From Gammaproteobacteria bacterium (GTDB lineage: Bacteria; Pseudomonadota; Gammaproteobacteria; SZUA-140), in assembly GCA_046754065.1 (NCBI GenBank), contig JBHHVB010000008.1, positions 2,497 through 66,496 of the forward strand: a stretch of DNA of 64,000 nucleotides, in the 5' to 3' direction. This document shows positions 1 to 13,400 of the stretch, piece after piece. A program made the translations under genes and the position numbers. Within the stretch, counting starts at the first letter, position 1. The number at the start of each line of letters is the position of its first letter. The notes beneath the pieces were generated by a model. That model saw only the letters and a list, made by a program, of their open reading frames with translations. It had not been told where the DNA came from and ran no database searches.

Positions 1-123
1 CATCCTGGTGTGAATGTTGGGTGTGGTACAGACCACACATTATTCGCAAAGGCAGATGGCAAGGTGGTTTTCGAGAAAAAAGGACCAAAGAAACGTAAAT
101 TCGTCAGTGTAGTCGCTAATTAA
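1..123 (+). CDS. rpmA: 50S ribosomal protein L27, 3' part (truncated by window edge)
   Basis: Frame 1 reads [40 protein letters not shown], the L27 C-terminus; lies upstream of obg as usual. Confidence 0.95.
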   Translation, partial: HPGVNVGCGTDHTLFAKADGKVVFEKKGPKKRKFVSVVAN

Positions 124-161
124 ACGAATTGATCGTGGAGCCTTTAGGCTCAATGGAATAG

Positions 162-192
162 AAGGCCCCGTCATCGTACGGGGCTTTTTTTA
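162..192 (+). terminator. Rho-independent terminator after rpmA
   Basis: GCCCCGT-catcgt-ACGGGGC hairpin followed by a T-run. Confidence 0.8.
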
Positions 193-201
193 TATTTATA
201 A

Positions 202-1263
<1,062 letters not shown>

Positions 1264-1326
1264 AGCTCATGGTTATATTAAGGTTTATATCGTTTATGTG
1301 CCATTTATGTCATCTGGATTTAAAGA

Positions 1327-2454
1327 ATGAATAGACGTCAGCAGCTCGCAAATTCAAAACGATGGGTCATTAAGGTTGGCAGTTCCCTGTTGACCAATAA
1401 TGGTATGGGGCTAGACGAATCATTGATCAGCCAATGGGTTGAGCAGATCGCGGGCATCCGCAGAGAAAATATTGAGGTGGTGCTTGTTTCATCGGGTGCC
1501 GTGTCAGAAGGTGTAAAACGACTGGGTTGGAAAAAGCGCCCTCATGCGTTACACGAACTGCAGGCTGCAGCAGCGATTGGCCAAATGGGTTTAATTCAGG
1601 CCTATGAATCGAGTTTTCAGGGTTTCGGGATGCACACCGCGCAGGTTTTATTGACTCACGATGATCTTGCCGACAGGCAGCGATATCTCAACGCACGTAG
1701 TACGCTGCGTACATTACTTGATCTGGGCATTGTGCCAGTCATTAATGAAAATGATACCGTCGCAGCGGAGGAGCTTCGATTTGGTGATAATGACACGCTG
1801 GCAGGTCTGGTTGCAAACCTGATCGAGGCAAACATACTAATATTATTGACCGATCAAAAAGGTATGTATGATCTGGATCCACGCAAACACAAGGATGCAA
1901 CATTGATTCGTGAGGCCCATGCAGGTGATGAGCAGCTTGAACGTCTTGCGGCGGCTGGCGGTGTTGGGCAGTGGGGGCAAGGGGGTATGCTGACCAAGGT
2001 AAGGGCTGCCAGCTATGCAGCCAGATCCGGGACCTGTACGATCATCGCGTCTGGTAAAGAGAGTGATGTATTATCGACCATACTTGAAGGGCGGGATACC
2101 GGAACGCTTATCCTGCCGCAACAGGAAGCGCTTGCTGCGCGCAAGCAGTGGTTAGCAGGGCAGTTACAGGTTAAGGGCAGGCTCGTCATTGATGCCGGTG
2201 CGGTGAGGGTTCTAAGGGAATCCGGTAGAAGTTTATTACCCGTCGGTGTGTCGTCAGTGAGCGGCCAGTTTCATCGTGGAGATGTGGTTGTCTGTGTGGA
2301 TGACGCAGGCAGGGAGATTGCGCGAGGATTGGTGAACTATTCGGCAGCTGAAACGCAAAAGCTCAAGGGGCAGGCCAGCGATATGGTGGAATCATTGCTA
2401 GGTTATGTAGATGAGCCGGAGTTGATCCATCGAGATAATCTTGTGCTGATATAA
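1327..2454 (+). CDS. proB: Glutamate 5-kinase with PUA domain
   Basis: [31 protein letters not shown] motifs; obg-proB synteny. Confidence 0.97.
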   Translation: MNRRQQLANSKRWVIKVGSSLLTNNGMGLDESLISQWVEQIAGIRRENIEVVLVSSGAVSEGVKRLGWKKRPHALHELQAAAAIGQMGLIQAYESSFQGFGMHTAQVLLTHDDLADRQRYLNARSTLRTLLDLGIVPVINENDTVAAEELRFGDNDTLAGLVANLIEANILILLTDQKGMYDLDPRKHKDATLIREAHAGDEQLERLAAAGGVGQWGQGGMLTKVRAASYAARSGTCTIIASGKESDVLSTILEGRDTGTLILPQQEALAARKQWLAGQLQVKGRLVIDAGAVRVLRESGRSLLPVGVSSVSGQFHRGDVVVCVDDAGREIARGLVNYSAAETQKLKGQASDMVESLLGYVDEPELIHRDNLVLI

Positions 2455-2500
2455 AAGGGATACGCTGCCCGGTATACGACAATTGAAAAAATCAGGGCAA

Positions 2501-2530
2501 TAAAAAACCGGCTGTTCAGCCGGTTTTTTA
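2501..2530. terminator. Bidirectional terminator between proB and rpsT
   Basis: AAAAAACCGGCTG-tt-CAGCCGGTTTTTT inverted repeat between convergent genes. Confidence 0.85.
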
Positions 2531-2549
2531 TTGATTCAGTATAACTTAA

Positions 2550-2816
2550 TCAGGCGTTAATCTCGCGGATTTGTCTGTTCAGGCGACTTTTCTGGCGGGC
2601 TGCCTTATTCTTGTGAATAATACCCTTGCGAGCCATTGCGTCGAGTAGAGGTGCTGCGGACTTGAATGCATCCTGGGCCTTTTCCTGGTTTCCTTCAGAA
2701 ATGGCGTAAACGACCTTTTTGGTCGCAGTGCGCATATTTGAACGTAGGGTTACGTTATGTTTACGATTCTTTTCTGCTTGTCTGGCCCTTTTTCTGGCCT
2801 GTGCTGAGTTTGCCAA
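2550..2816 (-). CDS. rpsT: 30S ribosomal protein S20
   Basis: (TTG)ANSAQARKRARQ...IHKNKAARQKSRL. Confidence 0.97.
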   Translation of the reverse strand: MANSAQARKRARQAEKNRKHNVTLRSNMRTATKKVVYAISEGNQEKAQDAFKSAAPLLDAMARKGIIHKNKAARQKSRLNRQIREINA

Positions 2817-3038
2817 GTTTAATGCTCCTGTGTTCGCGCTTAGTGTTCCAAAGGGCGCATACTATGCGGATTTTTCGCCTATTTGTCAATAATATCGCCG
2901 CTATTTTTGCGTTTGCCACGGATTATCAGGATCTTTTTGTGCGTTACGGTGTACACAGGTATTATGCTGATTTTATAGAAAAATTCTATATAGTAAGGCG
3001 GACTCGCAGGAACCCTATACAACTTACAAAGACGAGTT

Positions 3039-4604
3039 ATGAGCAAGAAACTGGTGAAATCTACCGCCACAGTCGGTGGTATGACATTTGTCTCGCGAAT
3101 TCTGGGCCTGGTGCGCGATGTCGTGTTTGCCCGGTTTATCGGGGCTGGCCTGGGGGCAGATGCCTTTTTTGTCGCGTTCAAGATTCCGAATTTCCTGAGG
3201 CGATTGTTTGCCGAGGGGGCTTTTTCCCAGGCATTTGTGCCGGTTTTGTCAGAATACCAGAGTCAGAAATCCCACGAAGAAGTCCAGATGCTGGTGAACA
3301 GTGTCTCCGGTGTGCTTGCGCGGACCCTGTTTTTCGTTACTTTAGCCGGCCTCCTTGCTGCACCAATTGTTGTGATGGTTACTGCGCCCGGATTTATTGA
3401 GCATGAGGAGAAATTTGAGCTGACGGCGCAAATGCTGCGGATCACATTTCCCTACCTGTTGTTTATTTCGTTAACCGCGCTGGCGGGTGGCATTCTGAAT
3501 ACCTATGGAAACTTTGCGGTCCCTGCTTTTACGCCGGTCTTTCTGAATATATGCCTGATTGTTGCCGCTGTTTTTGTTGCGCCTTACATCGATCAGCCCG
3601 TTTTGGCGCTGGCGTGGGGAGTTTTTATTGCCGGGATTGTCCAGCTTATTTTTCAGCTTCCGTATCTTGGCCGGATCGGGTTACTGCCGCGGCTCCGGTT
3701 TAATCGGGATCACGAGGGAGTCCAAAGAATCAGGAAACTGATGATGCCAGCGCTTTTCGGTACATCAGTCGTTCAGATTAACCTGTTGTTCGATACGCTG
3801 ATCGCGTCCTTTCTGGTAACCGGTAGCGTGAGTTGGCTATATTTTTCAGATCGTCTGGTGGAATTTCCACTGGGTGTATTTGGCATTGCGCTGGCAACCG
3901 TGATTTTGCCCAGTCTGTCACGAAAACATGCGCAGTCTTCATCAGAGGAATTTTCCCGAACCCTGGACTGGGCGTTGCGCATGGTTGTGTTGATAGGTTT
4001 ACCCGCATCCGTTGGCCTGTTTTTACTGGCCAGCCCGATGCTGACGACGCTGTTTCTCTACGGTGAATTTGGCATTCATGATATGCAGATGGCAACCTAT
4101 AGCCTGTGTGCCTATTCCACAGGATTGTTGGGATTTATTCTTGTCAAGGTGCTGGCCCCGGGTTTTTATGCCCGCCAGGATACTCGCACACCGGTTCGGG
4201 TGGGCATCGTCGCAATGCTTGCCAATATGATACTGAATGTACTGTTTGTTGTGCCGATGGTGCTTGGGGATATCAAGGCACCTCATGCGGGACTGGCCCT
4301 GGCTACCGCCGTCTCATCATTTCTCAATGCGTTTCTCCTATTCCGGATTCTTAAACAACAGCGGATCTATCGAGCCTTGCCAGGCTGGGGTGTGTGGCTA
4401 ACGAGAATACTTGCAGCGTGTACGATGATGGGGCTTGCGCTTCATTTTGGTGTGGAAGACATTGGTTCATGGCTGGGATGGAACTGGTTTGAACGCGTTT
4501 GGCATTTAGCGTTGTGGGTCATTATCGGTATTGTCGTCTATATTGTTGTGCTGCTATTACTAGGCTTGCGACCCAGGCACTGTCGCACCGTGCCCCTGGA
4601 GTAA
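3039..4604 (+). CDS. murJ: Lipid II flippase MurJ
   Basis: SRILGLVRD, FKIPNFLRRLFAEGAF, DRLVEFPLG; many TM segments. Confidence 0.97.
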   Translation: MSKKLVKSTATVGGMTFVSRILGLVRDVVFARFIGAGLGADAFFVAFKIPNFLRRLFAEGAFSQAFVPVLSEYQSQKSHEEVQMLVNSVSGVLARTLFFVTLAGLLAAPIVVMVTAPGFIEHEEKFELTAQMLRITFPYLLFISLTALAGGILNTYGNFAVPAFTPVFLNICLIVAAVFVAPYIDQPVLALAWGVFIAGIVQLIFQLPYLGRIGLLPRLRFNRDHEGVQRIRKLMMPALFGTSVVQINLLFDTLIASFLVTGSVSWLYFSDRLVEFPLGVFGIALATVILPSLSRKHAQSSSEEFSRTLDWALRMVVLIGLPASVGLFLLASPMLTTLFLYGEFGIHDMQMATYSLCAYSTGLLGFILVKVLAPGFYARQDTRTPVRVGIVAMLANMILNVLFVVPMVLGDIKAPHAGLALATAVSSFLNAFLLFRILKQQRIYRALPGWGVWLTRILAACTMMGLALHFGVEDIGSWLGWNWFERVWHLALWVIIGIVVYIVVLLLLGLRPRHCRTVPLE

Positions 4605-4671
4605 GGGATGTGAGTAACATGGGGCGAGCATGCTATACTGTGGCCATTTTATTTAATGGTATTAAACGCGC

Positions 4672-5637
4672 ATGGAATTAATTCGCGGATTACAAAATAT
4701 CCGCCCCGAACATCATGGTTGTGTCGCCACTATCGGGAATTTTGACGGGGTGCATGTTGGGCACCAGGCGGTGCTGGGTCAGCTAGCGGAAGAAGCCTCA
4801 TCGCTGGGTTTGCCTTCAGTAGTGATCACCTTCGAGCCTTACCCTCAAGAATTTTTCCTTAAGGAAAACCTGCCTTCTCGATTGACGCGTTTCAGGGAGA
4901 AAATGCAACTCTTGAGACGATACGCAGTGGATCGTGTATTGTGTTTGCGCTTTGATCGTTCATTCGCTTCCATGAAGGCAGAGAACTTTATTCAACAAGT
5001 TTTGGTATCCGGTCTCGGAATACGCTATCTGGTTGTTGGTGATGACTTCAGGTTCGGTTTCCGGCGCCAGGGTGATCTGTCGATGTTGAAGGCAGCTGGA
5101 AGAGAATTCAAGTTCAAAGTGGTTAACATGCATGCCTTTAATATAGAGGGGGCCCGGGTTAGCAGTACACGGGTTCGCGAGTCATTAATAGCGGGAGAGA
5201 TCAGTACCGCTGAAAAATTGCTGGGTCATGCCTATCGAATGGCGGGCAAGGTCGCCTATGGTGATGGTCGCGGACGTACGATTGGTTTTCCGACCGCGAA
5301 TATTGCGTTAAACCGTCGGGTTACGCCTTTGTCCGGTGTGTTTGCAGTTGAGGTGTTTGGTATCGAAAATGAGCCCTTGAAAGGCGTAGCCAATATCGGG
5401 GTTAGACCAACGGTTGATGGAAGCAAGTGCTTGCTAGAGGTGCATTTGTTCGAATTTGACGGGAATATTTACGGGAAGCATATCCAGATAGAATTCCTTA
5501 AAAAAATAAGGGATGAAAAACGCTTTGATTCCGTTGATGCGTTAATAAAACAGATCAATCTGGATGTGAAGCAGGCCAGGGCCTATTTTGGTTCACGCAT
5601 GGATTGTGCGGATGCATTCCCTGTGTCAGGATATTGA
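4672..5637 (+). CDS. ribF: Riboflavin kinase/FAD synthetase
   Basis: TIGNFDGVHVGH, SSTRVR, GRTIGFPTAN, GVRPTV. Confidence 0.97.
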   Translation: MELIRGLQNIRPEHHGCVATIGNFDGVHVGHQAVLGQLAEEASSLGLPSVVITFEPYPQEFFLKENLPSRLTRFREKMQLLRRYAVDRVLCLRFDRSFASMKAENFIQQVLVSGLGIRYLVVGDDFRFGFRRQGDLSMLKAAGREFKFKVVNMHAFNIEGARVSSTRVRESLIAGEISTAEKLLGHAYRMAGKVAYGDGRGRTIGFPTANIALNRRVTPLSGVFAVEVFGIENEPLKGVANIGVRPTVDGSKCLLEVHLFEFDGNIYGKHIQIEFLKKIRDEKRFDSVDALIKQINLDVKQARAYFGSRMDCADAFPVSGY

Positions 5638-5679
5638 AAGAAATTTAAATTAATGGAACCGGAGTGTTTTTAAAGTTTT

Positions 5680-8514
5680 ATGACCGACTATAAAGAGACA
5701 CTGAATTTGCCCAGGACAGCCTTTTCGATGAAGGCTAACCTCGCTAACCGTGAACCTGAATTTTTGAAAAAATGGCAGGAGATTGATGTTTACGGACAAC
5801 TTAGGGAAAAGCGAAAAGGCAATGAGAAATTTGTACTGCATGATGGCCCGCCGTATGCGAATGGGGATATTCACATTGGGCACGCGGTTAATAAAGTGTT
5901 GAAGGATATCATTATCAAATCAAGATCGTTGGAGGGGTATGACGCACCCTATGTGCCGGGCTGGGATTGTCACGGTTTACCCATTGAATTAATGGTTGAA
6001 AAAAAGGTCGGCAAGGCTGGCCATAAGGTCGATGCGAAAACATTTCGCAAGGCATGTCGCGAATATGCGGCGAAACAGGTTAACAAGCAGAGAGAGGACT
6101 TTAAACGTCTAGGTATTCTGGGTAACTGGGATCATCCCTACCTGACGATGAATTATCAGTTTGAGGCCGATATTATTCGCGCACTGGGCAAGATCATCAA
6201 TGCAGGTCATCTGCATCAGGGCTATAAACCGGTTCACTGGTGTAGCGCCTGCGGATCCGCACTGGCAGAGGCTGAGGTTGAGTACGAGGAGCGCACTTCA
6301 CCTGCGATCGACGTGAAGTTCGGGGTGCTAGACGAAGAAGCGTTGATCGAGCGATGTCATCACGTGCCTGACCACGAAGGCAAGGGGTCAATCTCGGTAG
6401 TGATCTGGACGACAACGCCATGGACATTACCGGCTAACCAGGCGGTTGCACTCAACCCGGAGTTCGAATATGTAGTCGTGCAGTTTGAGGGTAAACATGG
6501 CCATGGTCGATTGCTGTTGGCAGACCAGCTAGTGAAAGATGCGATGGTTCGCTACGGAATTGAAGACTATCGGGTGATTGCCTATTGTTGTGGTAAGGAT
6601 CTCGAGGGAATAAAACTTCAGCATCCTTTTTATGAACGGGAAGTGCCTGTGATTGTCGGTGAGCATGTGACTGCCGAGGCAGGAACCGGTGCCGTACACA
6701 CGGCACCTGGCCATGGACAGGAAGACTATGTCGTTGGCTCTCGTTACAATCTGCCTGTTGATAATCCTGTCGACAACAGAGGACATTTTTTACCGGACAC
6801 ACCACTTTTTGCCGGTGAACATGTTTTTGAGGCGAATGATCATGTCATTGAGGTTTTGAAGGCACGTGGTGCGTTAATGCACGAGGTTGCGATCAAACAT
6901 AGTTACCCGCATTGCTGGCGGCACAAGACACCAATTATATTTCGCGCAACGCCGCAGTGGTTTATCAGCATGTCCCAGAAAAACCTGCGCGATGATGCCA
7001 TGCAGTGCATTAAAAACGTGACCTGGCTTCCTGACTGGGGACAGGCCCGCATCTCGGGTATGGTGGAAAATCGCCCTGACTGGTGTATCTCCAGGCAGCG
7101 TACCTGGGGTGTGCCCATAACCCTTTTAATCCATAAGGAGAGTGGGCAGCCCCATCCGCAAACAGTGGCATTGATCGAGAAGGTTGCTGATCTTGTGGCA
7201 GAGCAGGGTATTGATGCATGGTTTGACCTGGATGTTAGTGACTTGCTGGGTGATGATGCGAACCAGTATGAAAAGATCAGTGATACACTGGACGTTTGGT
7301 TTGATTCCGGCGTCACCCACTTTTGTGTCCTCGGAGACGAGAAGCAGTTACCGTTCCCCGCGGATTTGTATCTCGAAGGCTCCGATCAACATCGAGGCTG
7401 GTTTCAGTCCTCATTATTAACGTCAGTCGCGATGCACGGTCAGGCACCATACAGGGAAGTGCTTACCCATGGGTTTACCGTCGATGCAGACGGCAGAAAA
7501 ATGTCAAAATCCCTGGGTAACGTTATCGCACCGCAAAAGGTTGTGAACTCGCTAGGGGCGGACATATTGCGATTATGGGTTGCATCAACTGATTACCGTG
7601 GTGAGATGAGCGTTTCTGACGAGATATTAAAACGTATGTCAGACGCCTATCGGCGCTTGCGCAATACGTCCAGATTTCTACTGGCTAATCTGAATGGATT
7701 TGACCCGGCATCAGATGTGGTTCCATTTGATGAAATGCTTGCTCTGGATCAATGGGCTGTATACAGGGCCGCATCTTTACAGGATGAAATACGGGCCGCA
7801 TACAAAAGTTATGAATTTCACATCATCTACCAAAAGATACATAACTTTTGTGCGGTAGAGATGGGTGGATTCTATCTGGATATCATAAAGGACCGGCAAT
7901 ATACGACACAGACAGATAGTCTGGCCCGCCGATCAGCCCAGACAGCGATGTATCATATTATTGAGGCACTGGCTCGCTGGCTTGCCCCTATATTGAGTTT
8001 CACCGCTCAAGATATCTGGCAACATATGCCGGGCGAAAGGGATGCATCGGTGCTTCTGGCAGAATGGTATACCTTGCCATCATCCGATCAATCAGACGAT
8101 CTGGATGCTTCGTTCTGGAAGCAGATCATAGCGGTGCGAGATGGCGTCAGTAAGGAACTGGAGCGGCTTAGGGCTGCGGGTAATATCGGTTCATCTCTCG
8201 ATGCTGAAGTCGATTTATATTGTGACAATGAATTGGTTAACCATTTGTCCAGGCTTGAAGATGAATTGCGGTTTGTATTGATCACATCATACGCAAGAGT
8301 CCATAGCATTGAATCGAAGCCGGAAGGTGCGGTAGATGTACCCCTGGTAGTGGGTGGAAAGCTGGCGTTAAAGGTAGACTCATCCAGATGGGGCAAGTGT
8401 GTACGGTGCTGGCATCATCGTGAAGATGTGGGTAGCCATTCTGATCATCCGGAATTGTGCGGGCGGTGTGTTGACAATGTTGCAGGAGATGGAGAGTCAA
8501 GACGCCATGCATAA
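5680..8514 (+). CDS. ileS: Isoleucine--tRNA ligase
   Basis: [27 protein letters not shown]-terminal CxxC..CxxC zinc finger. Confidence 0.99.
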   Translation: MTDYKETLNLPRTAFSMKANLANREPEFLKKWQEIDVYGQLREKRKGNEKFVLHDGPPYANGDIHIGHAVNKVLKDIIIKSRSLEGYDAPYVPGWDCHGLPIELMVEKKVGKAGHKVDAKTFRKACREYAAKQVNKQREDFKRLGILGNWDHPYLTMNYQFEADIIRALGKIINAGHLHQGYKPVHWCSACGSALAEAEVEYEERTSPAIDVKFGVLDEEALIERCHHVPDHEGKGSISVVIWTTTPWTLPANQAVALNPEFEYVVVQFEGKHGHGRLLLADQLVKDAMVRYGIEDYRVIAYCCGKDLEGIKLQHPFYEREVPVIVGEHVTAEAGTGAVHTAPGHGQEDYVVGSRYNLPVDNPVDNRGHFLPDTPLFAGEHVFEANDHVIEVLKARGALMHEVAIKHSYPHCWRHKTPIIFRATPQWFISMSQKNLRDDAMQCIKNVTWLPDWGQARISGMVENRPDWCISRQRTWGVPITLLIHKESGQPHPQTVALIEKVADLVAEQGIDAWFDLDVSDLLGDDANQYEKISDTLDVWFDSGVTHFCVLGDEKQLPFPADLYLEGSDQHRGWFQSSLLTSVAMHGQAPYREVLTHGFTVDADGRKMSKSLGNVIAPQKVVNSLGADILRLWVASTDYRGEMSVSDEILKRMSDAYRRLRNTSRFLLANLNGFDPASDVVPFDEMLALDQWAVYRAASLQDEIRAAYKSYEFHIIYQKIHNFCAVEMGGFYLDIIKDRQYTTQTDSLARRSAQTAMYHIIEALARWLAPILSFTAQDIWQHMPGERDASVLLAEWYTLPSSDQSDDLDASFWKQIIAVRDGVSKELERLRAAGNIGSSLDAEVDLYCDNELVNHLSRLEDELRFVLITSYARVHSIESKPEGAVDVPLVVGGKLALKVDSSRWGKCVRCWHHREDVGSHSDHPELCGRCVDNVAGDGESRRHA

Positions 8515-8545
8515 ACCGGAATGAGAGCGTGTTAGGAAAATCTGC

Positions 8546-9034
8546 ATGAAAAAATGGCTTGTGTTGTCGTTGGCAGTAATTGTGCTGGACCAGTCTACCA
8601 AACAGCTTGCCGAGAACTCTCTTCAGCTACACGAAACCGTTGGCGTATTGCCTTTCCTTAATATCACACTGGCCTATAATACCGGGGCGGCCTTTAGTTT
8701 TTTAAGTGATGCATCTGGTTGGCAACGGTGGTTTTTTACTGTGCTCGCATTATGCGTTAGTATTTTTCTGGTGGTGTGGATGCATCGGCTTGAATCGGGT
8801 CAACGGCATACAGCGATTGCGTTAGCGCTGATATTAGGTGGTGCGCTCGGAAATGTCTGGGACCGGATCATGCTGGGCTATGTTATTGACTTTATCGATG
8901 TCTTTTATTCGCAATGGCATTGGCCGGCTTTCAATGTGGCTGATTCGGCAATCACGATTGGTGCTGCGATATTGATCGTCGATGCGTTGACAGGTGGGCG
9001 CGGCAACATTTCAGATGAAACTTCAGGGAATTGA
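8546..9034 (+). CDS. lspA: Lipoprotein signal peptidase II
   Basis: NTGAAFS, GNVWDR, VIDFID, FNVADS. Confidence 0.97.
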   Translation: MKKWLVLSLAVIVLDQSTKQLAENSLQLHETVGVLPFLNITLAYNTGAAFSFLSDASGWQRWFFTVLALCVSIFLVVWMHRLESGQRHTAIALALILGGALGNVWDRIMLGYVIDFIDVFYSQWHWPAFNVADSAITIGAAILIVDALTGGRGNISDETSGN

Positions 9035-9064
9035 ACCGGATTAATTGAACAGGGCGATCTATTT

Positions 9065-9997
9065 ATGCAAATCAAGTTAGCCAACCCGCGCGGTTTTTGC
9101 GCCGGCGTTGAACGGGCCATAGAAATCGTGGAGCGAGTGCTGGAGGTGTTTGGCGCGCCCGTATACGTGCGTCACGAGGTCGTGCATAACAAGTTTGTGG
9201 TACAGGGCTTGCGTGACAAGGGCGCAGTATTTGTCGAAGAACTGGACGAAGTGCCCGATAACAAGATCGTTATTTTCAGTGCCCACGGTGTGTCCCAACA
9301 GGTTAGGGAAGAAGCAGATAAGCGAGGCCTGAGAGTGTTTGATGCAACCTGTCCACTGGTTACCAAGGTACATGTCGAGGTGGCCCAGCATGATAAGGAT
9401 GGTAGAGAGTGCATTTTGATTGGTCATGCAGGACACCCTGAGGTTGAAGGGACGCTGGGTCAGTATCGCAGCGCGAATGCGGGTATGCATCTGGTCGAGA
9501 CGCCAGAGGATGTGAATCAATTGTCGGTCAGGGATCCAGCGAACCTTGCATATGTGACCCAAACAACCTTGTCGATGGACGATACGGCAAAAGTGATCGA
9601 CGCGTTGCAATCAAGGTTTCCCGAAATTGTTGGCCCGAAGAAGGATGACATCTGCTACGCAACGCAAAACCGTCAAGACGCTGTAAAGTCATTGGCAGAA
9701 ACCTGTGACCTGATTTTTGTCGTCGGATCGGGTAATAGCTCAAACTCGAACCGATTGAGAGAGATCGCCGAAAAGCACGGTCGACAGGCTTATTTGATTG
9801 ATAATGCTGAGGAAATAGATCAGGGCTGGCTCGCAGGTAAAGACTGTATTGGCGTAACCGCCGGTGCTTCTGTGCCCGAGGTGCTGGTTGCGGATGTTAT
9901 CAGCCGATTACAGATGTTAGGTGCAGAATCTGTAGATGAGACAACAGGCTTATCAGAAAACGTGATCTTTTCCCTGCCAAAGAGTTTGCAAGGGTAG
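9065..9997 (+). CDS. ispH: 4-hydroxy-3-methylbut-2-enyl diphosphate reductase
   Basis: [29 protein letters not shown]. Confidence 0.98.
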   Translation: MQIKLANPRGFCAGVERAIEIVERVLEVFGAPVYVRHEVVHNKFVVQGLRDKGAVFVEELDEVPDNKIVIFSAHGVSQQVREEADKRGLRVFDATCPLVTKVHVEVAQHDKDGRECILIGHAGHPEVEGTLGQYRSANAGMHLVETPEDVNQLSVRDPANLAYVTQTTLSMDDTAKVIDALQSRFPEIVGPKKDDICYATQNRQDAVKSLAETCDLIFVVGSGNSSNSNRLREIAEKHGRQAYLIDNAEEIDQGWLAGKDCIGVTAGASVPEVLVADVISRLQMLGAESVDETTGLSENVIFSLPKSLQG

Positions 9998-10008
9998 CAA
10001 CCACCCGT

Positions 10009-10389
10009 TTACCAGCAGTTGGCTGGTCCTTTAACACCACGAGAGTCTAAAGTCAGTGGCGTACAGGATGAGTCGCTGGCCTGCGCACCCTGGGCAGCCG
10101 CCGACATGACAACACAGCTGTTGATGGTAGAACCGGCGCAGGCTGCAGAACTAACGCTATAGTAACCTTCGCCAGAAGTTGCAGTCATTGCCGCATTGTA
10201 GGTATTGTTTTCGGTGAAGTATCGTTCCTGGTTTACAGCAGTATTCAATAATACTGAATATCCATCTGCACGACGCGATTCCCTGACATTATTTTGATAA
10301 GAAGGGAATGCGATGGCAAGCAGGATGCCAATCACTGCAACCGCGACCATCAGTTCGATAAGTGTAAATCCTGAATTTTGTCTTTTCAT
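10009..10389 (-). CDS. pilE: Type IV minor pilin PilE
   Basis: G/FTLIELMV prepilin site, C-terminal CW; ATG 10389 with GGAG RBS. Confidence 0.9.
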   Translation of the reverse strand: MKRQNSGFTLIELMVAVAVIGILLAIAFPSYQNNVRESRRADGYSVLLNTAVNQERYFTENNTYNAAMTATSGEGYYSVSSAACAGSTINSCVVMSAAAQGAQASDSSCTPLTLDSRGVKGPANCW

Positions 10390-10431
10390 GCTATGATCTC
10401 CAGTTTGCACGTAATACCAGTATCGGCGCAT

Positions 10432-13400
10432 TTATTCCTCACGCCAGTATAATTTCTGCATCGAGTTATCAATTGGTATGTCAGTAAGACATTCCGGTCC
10501 TACACAGACTAGTGGTGGATTCCCTTTTGGAAAGAGAATCGTTACTTCGGGTGGAATACCACCGCGAACCAACGTCTTCTTTCTGTCGGATTTCGTCAAA
10601 CTATTTACGTCCCCTACCAAATCCAGATTTTGGACTGGTGTTGCATCAAAGAGACTGATTGCATATAAAGTCGCAACGCCTCTGCTCGGGGAACAAGATG
10701 TCTGAGTTGATGCGACAGGGGTGAAAGTCGTAAACAGAATCATGTTGTTTATAGTTGTTGCGATACCTTGTACTTTTTCTCCCTCATAAATGCCCCCATT
10801 GTGCAGTTTAATATACCAGCCACTGCCGCTATTAAGGCTCGTCAATGCAGCAGACTTTTGGGATGCGCTGCCTTCGCCAATGATATTATCGGTAGCATCG
10901 TAGAGGTCTGACTCAGTGACGAATGTATAGGATGTCGGTGTCGTGAACACATCCGGATCGCGGAATGAGTAAAAGGTTTCCTGTATCGATTTATCGAGTG
11001 GATGTGCCCTGTAACCTGAGCCGATATTAATATAGAAGGTGTGAGCACCGTTGAATTTTGAATAGACCACATCGGGTGCATAGTAAAAGCGTCTGGCATC
11101 AGCAGCAGTCGCGCCACCAAATTTTGCGACGACACCACCAGTCGCCAGGTTTGAAACGCCCGTGTTACCCGCGTTATCAAAGTCGAAACGCCATATTTGA
11201 CCTTTCATGTCGCCGACATACATAAGGTCTGTGTAACCGTCTGCATCGATATCAACGGGTTTGATGTCAGATGGAATACTGTTCGTCATGGCTGTCAACG
11301 GTAGATTAGATCCTGCAGGACCGGCCCACCAAAGGCGCTGTCCGGTCGTTGCGTCGACGATATAGATTGCTCGGCCTTGTGTATCGGCAGTGGATGGGCC
11401 AGATACGTCTTGATTAGTATCGTATCCACCACCGAAGATCAACACGTTCTTCTCAATACCATTAATTTTGATCTTTGAGTGTATGGGTGCTGACCATGTC
11501 TCGCCCAGCTCGGTAAAATCACCGGTACCACCGATGATGCGCCACTTGAGGACTGGTGCACTACGGTTGGTGACATCGAGCGCATAGTAATTTCGGCCAC
11601 CTCTACGCATACCAATGTAAACATAAACATGTTCACCGCTTTCGATAATATTATTTTGATTTGCGTCATTCACCCATGCGGTTATCGGACCGTCCAGGCC
11701 GTAAGGGTGTGGTTCTGCGGATGAACCCAGATAGAATTTATCCAGGTTGGGTAATACTTCCTGAGGAATGAAAGAAAACAATTCCGCGCCCGTTGATGCA
11801 TTAAAGGCATGCAGATAGCCTTCATTGGTTCCCACAAATAATGTGATGTCAGGACTGGTATCAGTACCGCCGTAGGTGACCAGTAATGGCTTGGAGTGAA
11901 GTGGATCTCCCATGCTTTGACGTGAATCATTGGTGTTTCCATCCTCATTTTCATCAAAAACGTCGATACCGCGTGACCATTGCAATAGACTCGTTCGGTA
12001 GGCATCTGTTTGCGTTGGGATTCCTAGCATCGACTTTGTGATAGCTGCATTGCTTTCATGAAATGCGTTAGTTGAAGAGGTTAACGATTCATTATTCGGT
12101 GCTGAAGTTCCTGTATAGGTATAAATATTGCGGGTAGTTCCTAATATGCTGGCTGCACCACCGAGGGCGACATTGTCACCATCGGGTGCGATGGCCGCTG
12201 GTGTCCAAAAGCTGGTCGAATTTTTATCGAAGAAGCCTGTGTTGGGGTCAACCGCCGGTTGTCCGCCTGCGTCAGTGATGATGACTGGTTGGCCGGCGAG
12301 TTTATAGTGCTTCAGGTTTCCTGCCCACTTGGGTGAACCGGATGGTCTAAATAGTGCAAAATACAGTTCGTCACGGTGTGTCAGGCGGTTGAATGCATTC
12401 ACTGCCACTGCAGGCGCAACAAATGTATCGTTGGTTGCCAAAATATTGGTAATTATCGACGTGAATGCATCGGTAAGGCCAGATGTATCACTGGCTGTGT
12501 AGTATTGTCCGCCACCCTTGGTAGCAGTGTCTTGTAACAACTGCTGGTTGGTATGGAAACCAATGGTGTAAGTAATAATGTTTTGCGTATCATTCAGGTC
12601 GTTACGCTGGTCTTTGGTATATGTGTAGTGGGCCAGCTCATCGAGACAGTCATCAGAACTATATCCACAAGAGCCCGCTATACCGCTAAAACCAGGTAAT
12701 GAATTGATCTGTGAGTCGGCATCACCATCATAGGTAGGCTGCCCATCGGTCAATAACACCGTAAAATTTTTCTGGCATTGAAAGTCGATTGGGCTAAGGT
12801 ATTTTGATGAATTTCCAGAGACCAGTACCCCTGAATGATTAGTCCCTGGCGAGGTAGAGTTGCCAAAAAATACGTTACCGCCTCTGTAAAACTGAACTGA
12901 CTCATAAAGCGTTTCTGCCAGAGGCGTATACCCGCCAGGTGAAAGCGCGCTAACGGCTGATTTGATACCGGCTCGGGTCGTATCGTTCAGTTCCTGCATT
13001 GGCAACAAGAAATAACCGCCTTTATTAGCTGACCGAGACTTATTATCGAAACGCATCACCGTGGTGTTAATACCCGATGTGCTGTCCATTAGTTTGTTAA
13101 ACACATCTTGTACAATTTGTAGTCGGGTCATTTGGACGGAGCCACCACCGCCGCCCCCTCCACCACTGGCAGCTTTCCAGTTCAGGTAATTTGCGCTATA
13201 AAGCGTGTAGGCTTTGCCAGTTTTATTCCAGTTGATTGACTTGTTATTCGTGGAAATCCATGGGCCGCCGTTTTTCTCATCAGCGGGATAATAATTGCTG
13301 CTGACGCCATCGCCATGGCTGCCATAGTCGTTTTTGCATTCGACAAGATCGTCATGGTCCTTTTTGCTTAATGAGCTCCATCTTCTTTTGCCCTTTTTGA

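Noticed and set aside
2666-3400. 244-aa + strand ORF spanning rpsT and murJ
   Set aside because: Overlaps two well-supported genes and has no recognisable motifs; shadow ORF.
9034-9065. fkpB absent between lspA and ispH
   Set aside because: Common lineage-level variation; not informative.
13141-13167. Poly-Gly tract in PilY1 as a phase-variation site
   Set aside because: Mixed Gly codons, in frame; an ordinary flexible linker.
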